DNA of 64,000 nucleotides from positions 1-64,000 of IMG/VR virus record IMGVR_UViG_3300008108_000034; one strand, given 5' to 3'. Source of the stretch: a virus. Positions 1 to 8,554 of the stretch are shown one piece after another. The notes under the pieces were generated by a model that saw only the letters and a program-made list of their open reading frames with translations, was not told the origin of the DNA and ran no database searches. Within the stretch, counting starts at the first letter, position 1. Every line of letters starts with the position of its first letter. Made by a program: the position numbers and the translations under genes.

Positions 1-1
1 T

Positions 2-1210
2 GATTATTATGACTGGTTCAGCCGTGATGCTGATTATGGTTACACATCGTATGATCCAACCAAACGCACCATGCACTGGGAGAAGGGTTATGACACATAC
101 AGTGACTTCTTCTTCGGTAAGAAGAACGGTTCTACAAAGAAGGTCAACACCCAGGATTCAGCGAGTCTGCTGCTCACAATGTCCCGTGTGATGGGTACAA
201 ACAGCGATCATTTCTCCCACTTGTCAATGGACAGCAAGAAGATACACATTCCAACAGACATGCTTGCATCAGGATTGGATATGGATCTGTTCATCGGTGC
301 CTCTCTTCAGAACATCGCGAAGTTCATGCACCAGACGCAAGAGGAAAGGATTTACGCCAAGACAGGTGCAGATAAACTTTCAAAGACAGTGTACAACATC
401 CTTAATGAGGAGCGTGTGAACAAGCTGATGGCTGATGAGACTCCAGGTTATCTGAAGTTCGTATCCAAATACAAGATACACAAGTACAAGGATCGTCCAG
501 AAGCGGATGCAGAAGATTCCAATCAAAGGTTGCTTGAATTGTTTGACAGGATCATCAGATATCCGGAACAGATCACCGAAGAGGAGATGGAGGAATTCAA
601 GGAACCTTTGGAGAAGGTCAAAGACATCATTGACAAGTCTGAAGGGATACCTGTTGAACATGGAGCATGCAAGAAAATGGCTACCAAAATCACCAAGGTA
701 CTGCAGGAATACATCAAGTTTGATGAGGAACCACCCCCTCCACCTTCTGGAGAAGGAGGAGATGATGGACCTGATGGAGGTGAAAGCATAGGTATGGATG
801 ATTCCAAAGCAACAGATGGAGATGACAAGACACCTCCTAAAAAGACACAGGAGTCATTGAAAAAGTTTCTGGAAAAACTTCGCGAATCCATGAAAGAAAC
901 TGACAGCAGCGACACCAAAGTGTTCAACGAATTCATCGAGGAGATGAAACACTCTGAATCCACTGGTTCCACCAAGGAACACATGGGTAAGGTGGACTAT
1001 TGCATCATGCCTGTGACCTCATACGCCAAAAGCAGATACCAGCGTGCAATTGCAAAGATTGACCGATTGAAAGCCAATGTAATAGCTAACCTGCTTAAGC
1101 GCAAGAACAGGGATTATCAATTCTCCCTCAAATCAATGCGTACAGGTAGATTGGATACCAACAAGCTTGAGCTGCACGCGAGGCTGCCATATTCCTCAAT
1201 GAGGCGATGA
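2..1210 (+). CDS. N-terminal part of a CobT-like/vWA-domain protein (MoxR AAA partner); 5'-truncated by the window and frameshifted near 1170
   Basis: The frame is open from base 2 (DYYDWFSRDADYGY...MHWEKG). It has an 'NILNEERV' motif, a Pro/Gly/acidic linker and the 'SMRTGRLDTNKL' motif that normally precedes a vWA domain. It then runs into an apparently out-of-frame tail. Confidence 0.7.
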   Translation, partial: DYYDWFSRDADYGYTSYDPTKRTMHWEKGYDTYSDFFFGKKNGSTKKVNTQDSASLLLTMSRVMGTNSDHFSHLSMDSKKIHIPTDMLASGLDMDLFIGASLQNIAKFMHQTQEERIYAKTGADKLSKTVYNILNEERVNKLMADETPGYLKFVSKYKIHKYKDRPEADAEDSNQRLLELFDRIIRYPEQITEEEMEEFKEPLEKVKDIIDKSEGIPVEHGACKKMATKITKVLQEYIKFDEEPPPPPSGEGGDDGPDGGESIGMDDSKATDGDDKTPPKKTQESLKKFLEKLRESMKETDSSDTKVFNEFIEEMKHSESTGSTKEHMGKVDYCIMPVTSYAKSRYQRAIAKIDRLKANVIANLLKRKNRDYQFSLKSMRTGRLDTNKLELHARLPYSSMRR

Positions 1211-1698
1211 AAGGTGTACCTGACGTGGAGTTGTTCATCTATGGTCATACTGCGGATTATTATGAATCAGATTTAGGTGCTGGTGGTAGTAATCGTACAC
1301 AGTTGCTTGTATACAAGGAGCCTGGTGTCAACAATGATATCGCACTTGGTGGTATAAGCGCAAGATCCGAGAATCGCGATGGTGTTGCTATGATGGCTGC
1401 AGCAAAGCGTGTACGCGCAAGGACATCCAACCATGGTGTGTTCATCATCATCAGTGACGGTTCACCATCCGCCATAGCGTATCGCGGAGAAGCTGCCAGG
1501 ACACATGTACGCAGGATGGCCAATGAGATTGAGAAGATGGGATTCCAGGTTGTACAGGTCACCATTGGTGGATACCGCAGCAAGGATATGTTCAAGAATG
1601 TGGTTGACATGGATGACATTTCCACGTTTCCCACCATGTTTGTGAGCTTCCTGAAGAAAAAGATAAATTCCCTGATAAAGGAGAAAGTGATATTGTAA
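1171..1698 (+). pseudogene. C-terminal vWA domain fragment lacking the DxSxS MIDAS strand (ORF track starts it at 1207)
   Basis: Reads AAREAAIFLNEAMKGVPDVELFIYGHT...ENRDG...FIIISDGSP...VVQVTIG, the rear of a vWA fold. TGA at 1168-1170 precedes it, and no DxSGS motif is seen in either part. Confidence 0.65.
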
Positions 1699-1704
1699 AC
1701 CAAG

Positions 1705-1731
1705 ACCCCCTGTGTAACAGCAGGGGGTTTT
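1705..1731 (+). terminator. Rho-independent terminator
   Basis: ACCCCCTG-tgtaacag-CAGGGGGT hairpin followed by TTT, directly after the vWA stop. Confidence 0.8.
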
Positions 1732-1742
1732 AAATTTAAGAG

Positions 1743-2786
1743 ATGACTAGATCATTAGAAATCGTATTAGTTAATGGGTGGACAGAGCATTTTCTGTTGC
1801 CGGATACAAGTTCCACTGAATGTACATCAGGTGGTGAGATAATAGGAGTGATTGAAAAATATTCCAAAGGCATCCAAAGAATGCGTGAACGGAATCCTTT
1901 ACTTGTTGTTGGTAAACCCACCAAATACATAAATGTGGATGACGCTCTGCACACATTGATAAATGCAAGAAAGTACATTGACATGCCTGTGACCGGACCA
2001 CTGGGTCTTGTTGACCAGTCATTCACCTTGGACTTGCAGAAAAACATCATTGTGTTTTATGACAAGAAAGGTAAGGAGCGCGGTTCCATGTTTCTGGATG
2101 GCATGTATTCCAACTGGCGGGAGATTCTTTATCCTGAAACAATTGTCACTGAAGCAGATACCATCACTGTTCATGAAGAGGAAGAAGAAGAGATCTCCAC
2201 TGAAGTGCCTTTTGACATGCTGAAACACATTGAAGAACCCATGGTTGAGGATGATGATGAGGAATATGATGATGAGGAATCTGATGATGAGGAATATGTG
2301 GATGAGACAGTCACTCCTGTACGTATTGTAAAGGAAATGAAAGAGAAATTGGAATCCAGTGAAGGTGAATCCGCATGTGAGTTATGGGATTATCTGTTTG
2401 TAGATCATGATCTGTTTGGTAAAACAGTTGTAATCCAGTATTCAGGCGGAGGTGACAGTGGTCAGACTGATGATGTCTCCATATATGACACTTTCAAGTA
2501 TAATGGCGCTAAAACTTATGAAGATTATATGAGCGCTGAGGAGTCTGATTCTTATCCTACAATTATAAGCAGTCCTGATCTTGACACCAAGATATGGAAT
2601 CTGATTTCAAGCCGCGTGGGTGGATTCTACAATGACGAAGGTGGATATGGTAAGATAATCCTCACTGGAAAAAGTTTCCGATGGGATCATTTCAATTATG
2701 TCCAGACTCAAGAACACGAACTTGGTACAATCATTACTGTAGAAGAAGAGAAAGTGGATACTGACAGTGATACACTTCCATTCTGA
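1743..2786 (+). CDS. Acidic protein with a C-terminal DUF6878-like domain
   Basis: YSGGGDSGQ and FYNDEGGYG motifs; long Asp/Glu tract; adjacent to a DUF6915-like gene. Confidence 0.6.
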   Translation: MTRSLEIVLVNGWTEHFLLPDTSSTECTSGGEIIGVIEKYSKGIQRMRERNPLLVVGKPTKYINVDDALHTLINARKYIDMPVTGPLGLVDQSFTLDLQKNIIVFYDKKGKERGSMFLDGMYSNWREILYPETIVTEADTITVHEEEEEEISTEVPFDMLKHIEEPMVEDDDEEYDDEESDDEEYVDETVTPVRIVKEMKEKLESSEGESACELWDYLFVDHDLFGKTVVIQYSGGGDSGQTDDVSIYDTFKYNGAKTYEDYMSAEESDSYPTIISSPDLDTKIWNLISSRVGGFYNDEGGYGKIILTGKSFRWDHFNYVQTQEHELGTIITVEEEKVDTDSDTLPF

Positions 2787-3175
2787 TGGCTACACCCATG
2801 CATCACGCCATGTCTTCCGCAAGGAAACATGGTGGCACGTGGGAACAGTACGTGCATATCCACAGCTGGTTTGATGAGACCAAATCCTGGGTTCCGGATG
2901 TAAGACACAGGATGTTCAGACACCATGCTGAAGGTATCTTTGAATGTGAGAAGGTTTTCGGTGTATCCATAAGGATAATCTTGGAATCAGGTCACATCAA
3001 GGAAGTACCTGTCAGGTTACTTGGTGAGCAACATGTTACAGAAGACTGCGGATTCATTCCAAATGCGAAAGAGTATATCAAGCATTTGAAGATTGAACCA
3101 TGGCAGCTCAGAGTTGCTAAAAAAATCGACATAAACATAAAAGGCGAATATGAAGAAAGAGATGTGGAATTATAG
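2786..3175 (+). CDS. DUF6915-family His-rich protein
   Basis: PMHHAMSSARKHGG...IHSWFDETK...RHRMFRHHAEGIF...GEQHVTEDCG pattern; overlaps the upstream stop. Confidence 0.75.
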   Translation: MATPMHHAMSSARKHGGTWEQYVHIHSWFDETKSWVPDVRHRMFRHHAEGIFECEKVFGVSIRIILESGHIKEVPVRLLGEQHVTEDCGFIPNAKEYIKHLKIEPWQLRVAKKIDINIKGEYEERDVEL

Positions 3176-3264
3176 TGATATAATACCATCAATTTTCTAA
3201 ATTCGTAAAGTTTAAATCTAATTATTGGTAGTTTGGTAGTCTATGTGTATTTATATGTATATCA

Positions 3265-3519
3265 ATGATTATCAATCTCCCCAATGGAAAAACCATAGAG
3301 GTTTCCCTGGAGGTTTATCTAAGGATGACGGATGACGATTTCGAGTATCTCATATCAATAAACTGTGGCGATGAAGTTCTTAACCCCTTCGAAGCCAGCG
3401 TTTTGCTATACGGTGAAGCGAAGCAGGATGAAGAATATGAGGAACCCGATGATGTTGTTGAACCGTCCGACTTGGATAAACTTCTGGACCTCGACGCAGA
3501 AGACGATGACGAAACTTAA
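3265..3519 (+). CDS. Small acidic hypothetical protein
   Basis: 84 aa, MIINLPNGKTIEVSLEVYL start, very acidic C-terminus; AT-rich upstream region. Confidence 0.7.
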   Translation: MIINLPNGKTIEVSLEVYLRMTDDDFEYLISINCGDEVLNPFEASVLLYGEAKQDEEYEEPDDVVEPSDLDKLLDLDAEDDDET

Positions 3520-3919
3520 GCAGTGCGCTGGATGCGGAGAAATGCGTCCGATATGGAAAAACGACGCTGGTCACCGATACTGCAAGAACTGCTGGTTCAA
3601 AAAGGAACCACCGAAGTTTGAAAGCAAATCAAGGGTGTTGAATCCCAAATCACCCAAACGAGCGGTACTCGACCAACTTTATGCAAGACTAAGGTTGGAA
3701 TTTTTAACAGAACATCCCTTTTGCAAGGCTCATTTGAATGGTTGTACGGTTAAGAGCACGGACATCCATCACAAGAAAGGAAGGGGTAAACACTATTTGG
3801 AAAAGCAAACATGGTTGTCTGTATGCAGAAACTGCCATGACTGGATTGAAAAACATCCTATTGAAGCCAAAGACCTGGGATTCTCAATGTCAAGATTGGG
3901 AGAACAGGATACAGACTAA
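3506..3919 (+). CDS. HNH endonuclease with N-terminal Zn ribbon
   Basis: CAGC...CKNC Zn ribbon, then FCKAHLNGC...DIHHKKGRG...VCRNCHDWIEKH. ATG at 3506 is preferred over 3365 because it minimises overlap. Confidence 0.8.
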   Translation: MTKLKQCAGCGEMRPIWKNDAGHRYCKNCWFKKEPPKFESKSRVLNPKSPKRAVLDQLYARLRLEFLTEHPFCKAHLNGCTVKSTDIHHKKGRGKHYLEKQTWLSVCRNCHDWIEKHPIEAKDLGFSMSRLGEQDTD

Positions 3920-3936
3920 TCTGTAAGAAAGATCAA

Positions 3937-4188
3937 ATGAAAAACATTAAAATCAAGCTGGATAACATCCACTATGCCTTGTTGGTAGCATTGGGTGTGT
4001 TGTCTGCAATGGTTATCTTTAAAAATCCTACAATAACAAAGATCCAGATATATGAAAGGATGCTAGACATGACTTACGTATACGGAGGAAATGCATCATT
4101 GGGGTATTCGATTCCCCTTACAGTGAGTTACATACAGAATGACACGGTCTATGTGGTAACTGATTTAGATTCAACTAAAACCAAATAA
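3937..4188 (+). CDS. Small membrane protein
   Basis: One hydrophobic helix (YALLVALGVLSAMVIF). Confidence 0.6.
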   Translation: MKNIKIKLDNIHYALLVALGVLSAMVIFKNPTITKIQIYERMLDMTYVYGGNASLGYSIPLTVSYIQNDTVYVVTDLDSTKTK

Positions 4189-4195
4189 CAAGACA

Positions 4196-4822
4196 ATGAA
4201 AAAGTTCCTTACCATTATTGCAGCGACAATGTCGCTTTGGACAAGTGCATCATTTGCACAGACAACAACCACCATGACCTCTGTCATGGGTATTGAGCTT
4301 GGATCAAGCAAAGCAAAAGTCAGTGAAATCCTCACATCCAAACAACCTGAATGCAAAGTGTTCAGCCAGACTGAGAAGTCAATAAGCTACACTGACGTAA
4401 AATGGGGTGATTACAAGGCTTATCTTGTCATTTTCCAGTTCTCTCCAGAAGACAAGCTTCACACGGTACAGATATTGATACAACCTGAGTTTCCAAAAGG
4501 TGTGTTCAATCTGTATGATGAAATCATTGAAAAACTTGCTGAACGATATGGAAATAGCAAGAAGAAGTTGGAGTATTACTCACATCCATACAACAAAACC
4601 GACAAGTATAAATACACAGAATCCATGGTTAAAAATGGAAATGTGACAATGATCTCCTTGTGGACATTTGATGTATTGAATACGGCTTCAAACGAAGATG
4701 ATGACAACACCATTCAAGTGAAGGTTGTTCCTGAATGCATGGTGAAGGTGTCATATCAAGATGCTGTGATCATCAACGAAGTTGTAAGGAAACAAAAGGA
4801 GAACAATTCCAAGGATTATTGA
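4196..4822 (+). CDS. Secreted/periplasmic protein with Sec signal peptide
   Basis: MKKFLTIIAATMSLWTSASFA|Q signal peptide with Gln at +1. Confidence 0.75.
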   Translation: MKKFLTIIAATMSLWTSASFAQTTTTMTSVMGIELGSSKAKVSEILTSKQPECKVFSQTEKSISYTDVKWGDYKAYLVIFQFSPEDKLHTVQILIQPEFPKGVFNLYDEIIEKLAERYGNSKKKLEYYSHPYNKTDKYKYTESMVKNGNVTMISLWTFDVLNTASNEDDDNTIQVKVVPECMVKVSYQDAVIINEVVRKQKENNSKDY

Positions 4823-5064
4823 TGACACCGAAAGAGACCGCTGAGAGAATCGTCATGGACCACCTGAAACAACTGGGTGGTTCAGGCGGTCTCATTCCCA
4901 AGTATTCAAACATGGGTGTTGCAAAACAGATTGCTGAATACACTGTCATGAAGATAGTGGAGGAACTACGTATCCATATTCAGGACTGCTACAGCGGTGT
5001 TGATCGCTTGGAATACTGGAAGGAAGTCAAAAGACAAATCAAACACGCATTCAGTGATTCATGA
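4822..5064 (+). CDS. Hypothetical phage protein
   Basis: ATG overlaps the upstream TGA; MTPKETAERIV...EYWKEVKRQI. Confidence 0.65.
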   Translation: MTPKETAERIVMDHLKQLGGSGGLIPKYSNMGVAKQIAEYTVMKIVEELRIHIQDCYSGVDRLEYWKEVKRQIKHAFSDS

Positions 5065-5249
5065 AAAGCCATATGTCCCCCATAGAGCAGCTCTTGGAGC
5101 TGTTCAACAAGGACGTTGACAAACTGCGCAAGGAATATTTGGAAACCAAATCCATGCGCGCATTGCGGGAACTCTCCCTTATCGAAGATGTGATATACCA
5201 ACTTGAGAGGAAACTCCCATATGAGAAGGAATACCACAAACGCAAATGA
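5061..5249 (+). CDS. Hypothetical protein
   Basis: ATGA overlap with the upstream gene; 62-aa helical protein. Confidence 0.6.
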   Translation: MKSHMSPIEQLLELFNKDVDKLRKEYLETKSMRALRELSLIEDVIYQLERKLPYEKEYHKRK

Positions 5250-5252
5250 GAA

Positions 5253-6224
5253 ATGTTAAGGAAACCTATAGTCAAAAAAAGATATACTGATCGTCTTCAG
5301 CAGCAAATGGACGAACTGAAAAAGGTTCAAGCAGCTGCTGCAAAAGAGGAAAAAGAGCGTCTGAAAGCTGAAAAGAAATCCAAGCTCGAACAGGAGTTGA
5401 AGGAAAAGGAATCCATTGCGCGAAAACAACGTGCGGACAAGAGGATTCGTGAAAAACAAGAGTATACAGCTCGTTACATTGAAAAGTCAAAGAAACCTGT
5501 AAGACCCAAGAGTCCTGTAGTAAATAAGGAACCTGTGGTGAAACAGCCTGTGGTGCAACAAAAGATAATTATTGAAGAAAGAAAACCCACATTGTCCATA
5601 TTCATATTCTCATATGAGAGAAAGGAGATGTTGGAAAGACTTCTTGCTGAGCTTGAAGGATATGATGTCACGATCATCGATGATGGATCATCCTTTGACC
5701 TGGATCACCCTGGTTTTATAAAACTACCTCATGGTGGTAAAGAAGGTTTCTGGAGAAACTGGGACCATGCGCTGAAACTGTTCAAGAAGTCAAGGAATGA
5801 GTTTGCATTGTTCCTTCAAGATGATGTGTTTGATGTCAGAATTGACAAGATCATTGAGTATCATAATCTCTTAAAGGATAAAACATATGCGTTCAATGTA
5901 CTTACTGACAGCAGGATTACTTGTTGGAATTCCATAGCTCCCACACCATTCAATGAAGAGATTGACAAGGTGGGTTTTGTGGACTGTCTCTTCTTCACCA
6001 CTCGTAAGACATTGAGTCTGATAGGATATTGGATGGAGGCGATTGATCGTGTACGTTTCAAGATCCCAGGCATAAGCAGCGGAGTGGGTCAACAGCTCAC
6101 CAAAAGACTGAACAATCGCAGGATACCGATTTACAGAAACAAGACATCATTGATTTACCATGGTGATCACGAGAGCATTATGCATAATCATGAACGAAAG
6201 AAGAACCCATTGATAAGCATATGA
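5253..6224 (+). CDS. GT-A fold (GT2-like) glycosyltransferase with a charged coiled-coil N-terminus
   Basis: LSIFIFSYER, IIDDGS, LFLQDD (DxD-like) and IYHGDHES motifs. Confidence 0.8.
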   Translation: MLRKPIVKKRYTDRLQQQMDELKKVQAAAAKEEKERLKAEKKSKLEQELKEKESIARKQRADKRIREKQEYTARYIEKSKKPVRPKSPVVNKEPVVKQPVVQQKIIIEERKPTLSIFIFSYERKEMLERLLAELEGYDVTIIDDGSSFDLDHPGFIKLPHGGKEGFWRNWDHALKLFKKSRNEFALFLQDDVFDVRIDKIIEYHNLLKDKTYAFNVLTDSRITCWNSIAPTPFNEEIDKVGFVDCLFFTTRKTLSLIGYWMEAIDRVRFKIPGISSGVGQQLTKRLNNRRIPIYRNKTSLIYHGDHESIMHNHERKKNPLISI

Positions 6225-6715
6225 TTAAGAACAGAGAGAACCCCAAAGGCGCCTATGGCACCCACTTCCATCCATTGCTCGCTTCCCTTCTCAATACAGA
6301 AGGATTAGTGATTGAGCTAGGTACAGGTGATTATTCCACACCATTGATACATGAGATATGTAAATTCCAGGGAAGACCTGTGATCTCATACGACGACAGC
6401 GTGGAATGGCAGCAGAACTTCATAGATCTGCAAATCTCTTCGCACAACTTCATACTTGTGAAGAACTGGTCTGCCATAGATGTGATTCCTTGTGGGGTGG
6501 TTCTCATTGACCATTATCCTCCAGAACAGAGGGTTGTGGACATAAAAAGGTTCAGGGATGTAGCACAGATTCTGGTGGTACATGACACTGACAAGATGAA
6601 CTATTATGGATATGGAAGCGTATTCTCAGAGTTCAAGTATTGCCATAAGTATGAACGATATCTGAAGAGCACCACACTGCTCAGTAATCATATAGATGTA
6701 ACCAAGCTATGCTGA
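6221..6715 (+). CDS. Class I SAM-dependent methyltransferase-like protein
   Basis: VIELGTGDYST motif I, ISYDDS, VVLIDH, VVHDT. Confidence 0.75.
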   Translation: MIKNRENPKGAYGTHFHPLLASLLNTEGLVIELGTGDYSTPLIHEICKFQGRPVISYDDSVEWQQNFIDLQISSHNFILVKNWSAIDVIPCGVVLIDHYPPEQRVVDIKRFRDVAQILVVHDTDKMNYYGYGSVFSEFKYCHKYERYLKSTTLLSNHIDVTKLC

Positions 6716-7350
6716 TTGTTGCAGGAATAGCCACAATGCCTGGAAGAGAGGATATTCTTCCAGATGCTGTGAACAGTCTGAAAGGACAGTGTGACCATGT
6801 CCATGTCTATGACAATGGAAAGGAAGAGATTGATCTTACAGACAATGGAAAGTTCAGCTTTCTGAAGGACTACAAGGAACCCATCTATTATTTCAGCTGC
6901 GATGATGATTTGATGTATCCCAGCGATTATGTATCCAGATCAATCAAGGCGATTGAAAGGACTGGATGCATCATAACATATCATGGTCGCAAGCTGCTGG
7001 GAAAGAACAGGAACTATTACACAGGTCACAAGCCTTACAGATGGAATCAGGACATTGGTTATGATGTGGAGATAGATGTCGCTGGCACTGGTGTCACAGC
7101 GTTCAGGACTGATTACTTCAACCCTGTGGACATATATCTTTCACAGTACAAGAAGATGTCGGATGTGGTGTTTTCCTTGGAGGCTGCAAGACAGAAGAAG
7201 AGGATAATGATCGCATCCCATAAACGTACATGGATAAGATACCAAGAGACTCTTGATCCCAGGAAGACAATACATGGTACTGAATCAAAGAACTGCAGCG
7301 TTCAAGGCGAACTATGCAATATGATATTGGACTTAAAAAACAGAAAATGA
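6709..7350 (+). CDS. GT-A fold glycosyltransferase
   Basis: IATMPGRE, DLTDNGKF, YFSCDDDLMYP (DxD), GTGVTAF and MSDV motifs. Confidence 0.8.
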   Translation: MLIVAGIATMPGREDILPDAVNSLKGQCDHVHVYDNGKEEIDLTDNGKFSFLKDYKEPIYYFSCDDDLMYPSDYVSRSIKAIERTGCIITYHGRKLLGKNRNYYTGHKPYRWNQDIGYDVEIDVAGTGVTAFRTDYFNPVDIYLSQYKKMSDVVFSLEAARQKKRIMIASHKRTWIRYQETLDPRKTIHGTESKNCSVQGELCNMILDLKNRK

Positions 7351-7748
7351 AAAAGATATTACTATTCCTATTATTGCTATTACCAGGGGTGTCGATGTCA
7401 CAACCCCTGTTTGGATACACTCCCTCTCAGATAAGGGACAAATGGCCCAACTTCGACTGGGAGTATGAGAAATGGGGTGAACGCAAGGACAAGATGATAA
7501 TGACATTCGCGGAGGATGACATCAGAGTCATGTATTTCTTCGATGAGGAGAATCGTTCCGTGTTCACAAGCATATGTCCTTTGACAGTTGGAGAACTGCA
7601 AGGCATGATTGAACGGTACAACAACAGGTATGTGATCGTAGACAACAGCACCTGGAGATTCTATAATAATGGTGCTGTGTTCCTATGCACTCTGAGACAG
7701 ACGACGGACACCAATAAGTATTACTTTTTATGGACTGTGGAAGAATAA
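7347..7748 (+). CDS. Secreted protein with Sec signal peptide
   Basis: MKKILLFLLLLLPGVSMS|Q; ATGA overlap with the upstream stop. Confidence 0.7.
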   Translation: MKKILLFLLLLLPGVSMSQPLFGYTPSQIRDKWPNFDWEYEKWGERKDKMIMTFAEDDIRVMYFFDEENRSVFTSICPLTVGELQGMIERYNNRYVIVDNSTWRFYNNGAVFLCTLRQTTDTNKYYFLWTVEE

Positions 7749-7753
7749 GCAAC

Positions 7754-8458
7754 ATGAAGAAGATAATAGCTATTGGTGACATACATGGTCGTACGTCATG
7801 GTCAAAGATCATAGAAGAAAATCCAGATGCCGATCGCATCATATTCATCGGTGACTACTTCGATGCTCCTCCCTCAAAGAGGCATCTAGGTATGTACGGT
7901 GTTCACGAATTGGAGAATTTTAAGAACATTCTCGCATATAAAAGATCAAATCCCGAAAAGACAGTCCTGCTTCTGGGAAATCACGATTACCATTATTTGT
8001 CAGGTGTAAATGCACATTATTCAGGATTTCAGATGGACATGTACACTGCTTTTTCTCAAGAGCTTGAACAAGCCATATTGGATAGATTATTGAAATGGAC
8101 GCATTTGGAAGACGGATATCTGTTCAGTCATGCAGGTGTCAGCAAGACATGGTTCAAAAACACAGGTGTTTCCGACATTCATGAGATCAATGATCTTTCA
8201 AGAGGATGGTTCGGATTTATTCCAGGTGCATACCATGATTCATATGGAGACGAGGTATGTCAATCACCCACATGGATAAGACCAAACAGTCTGCTCAATG
8301 ATCCTATAGACGGATACAAACAGGTTGTAGGTCACACTAGAAAACCATTTGGTGTGGAGATCATAGAAAATGTTTATTTCATAGATTGTCTCGAGTCAAA
8401 TTACTATCTTAGTATAATGGATGGTAAAGCGGAACCTGTGAAATACGTAACAAATTAA
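7754..8458 (+). CDS. Calcineurin-like metallophosphoesterase
   Basis: GDIHG, GDYFD, GNHD, HAG and GHT motifs in canonical order. Confidence 0.9.
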   Translation: MKKIIAIGDIHGRTSWSKIIEENPDADRIIFIGDYFDAPPSKRHLGMYGVHELENFKNILAYKRSNPEKTVLLLGNHDYHYLSGVNAHYSGFQMDMYTAFSQELEQAILDRLLKWTHLEDGYLFSHAGVSKTWFKNTGVSDIHEINDLSRGWFGFIPGAYHDSYGDEVCQSPTWIRPNSLLNDPIDGYKQVVGHTRKPFGVEIIENVYFIDCLESNYYLSIMDGKAEPVKYVTN

Positions 8459-8468
8459 TAGATATGGA

Positions 8469-8539
8469 AACCAGTTGATGTAAATGGCAACACTGTTCCT
8501 TTATGGATCAGCATGGGGGTTCGACTCCCCCACTGGTTA
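8469..8539 (+). tRNA. Non-canonical tRNA-like element, apparent anticodon UUA (ochre suppressor-like or pseudo-tRNA)
   Basis: Acceptor stem AACCAGT/ACTGGTT; D arm TGT-AAATGGCA-ACA; anticodon arm CTGTTC-CTTTATG-GATCAG with one T-T mismatch; perfect T arm GGGGG-TTCGACT-CCCCC. No encoded CCA (reads A-CTA). Confidence 0.7.
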
Positions 8540-8554
8540 CTAAATAACAAAACA

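Noticed and set aside
3365-3505. N-terminal extension of the HNH ORF
   Set aside because: Overlaps the 3265-3519 gene; the Zn ribbon begins right after ATG 3506.
8513-8554. Upstream start for the DUF1287 gene
   Set aside because: Lies inside the tRNA-like element; ATG at 8555 gives a proper lipoprotein signal.
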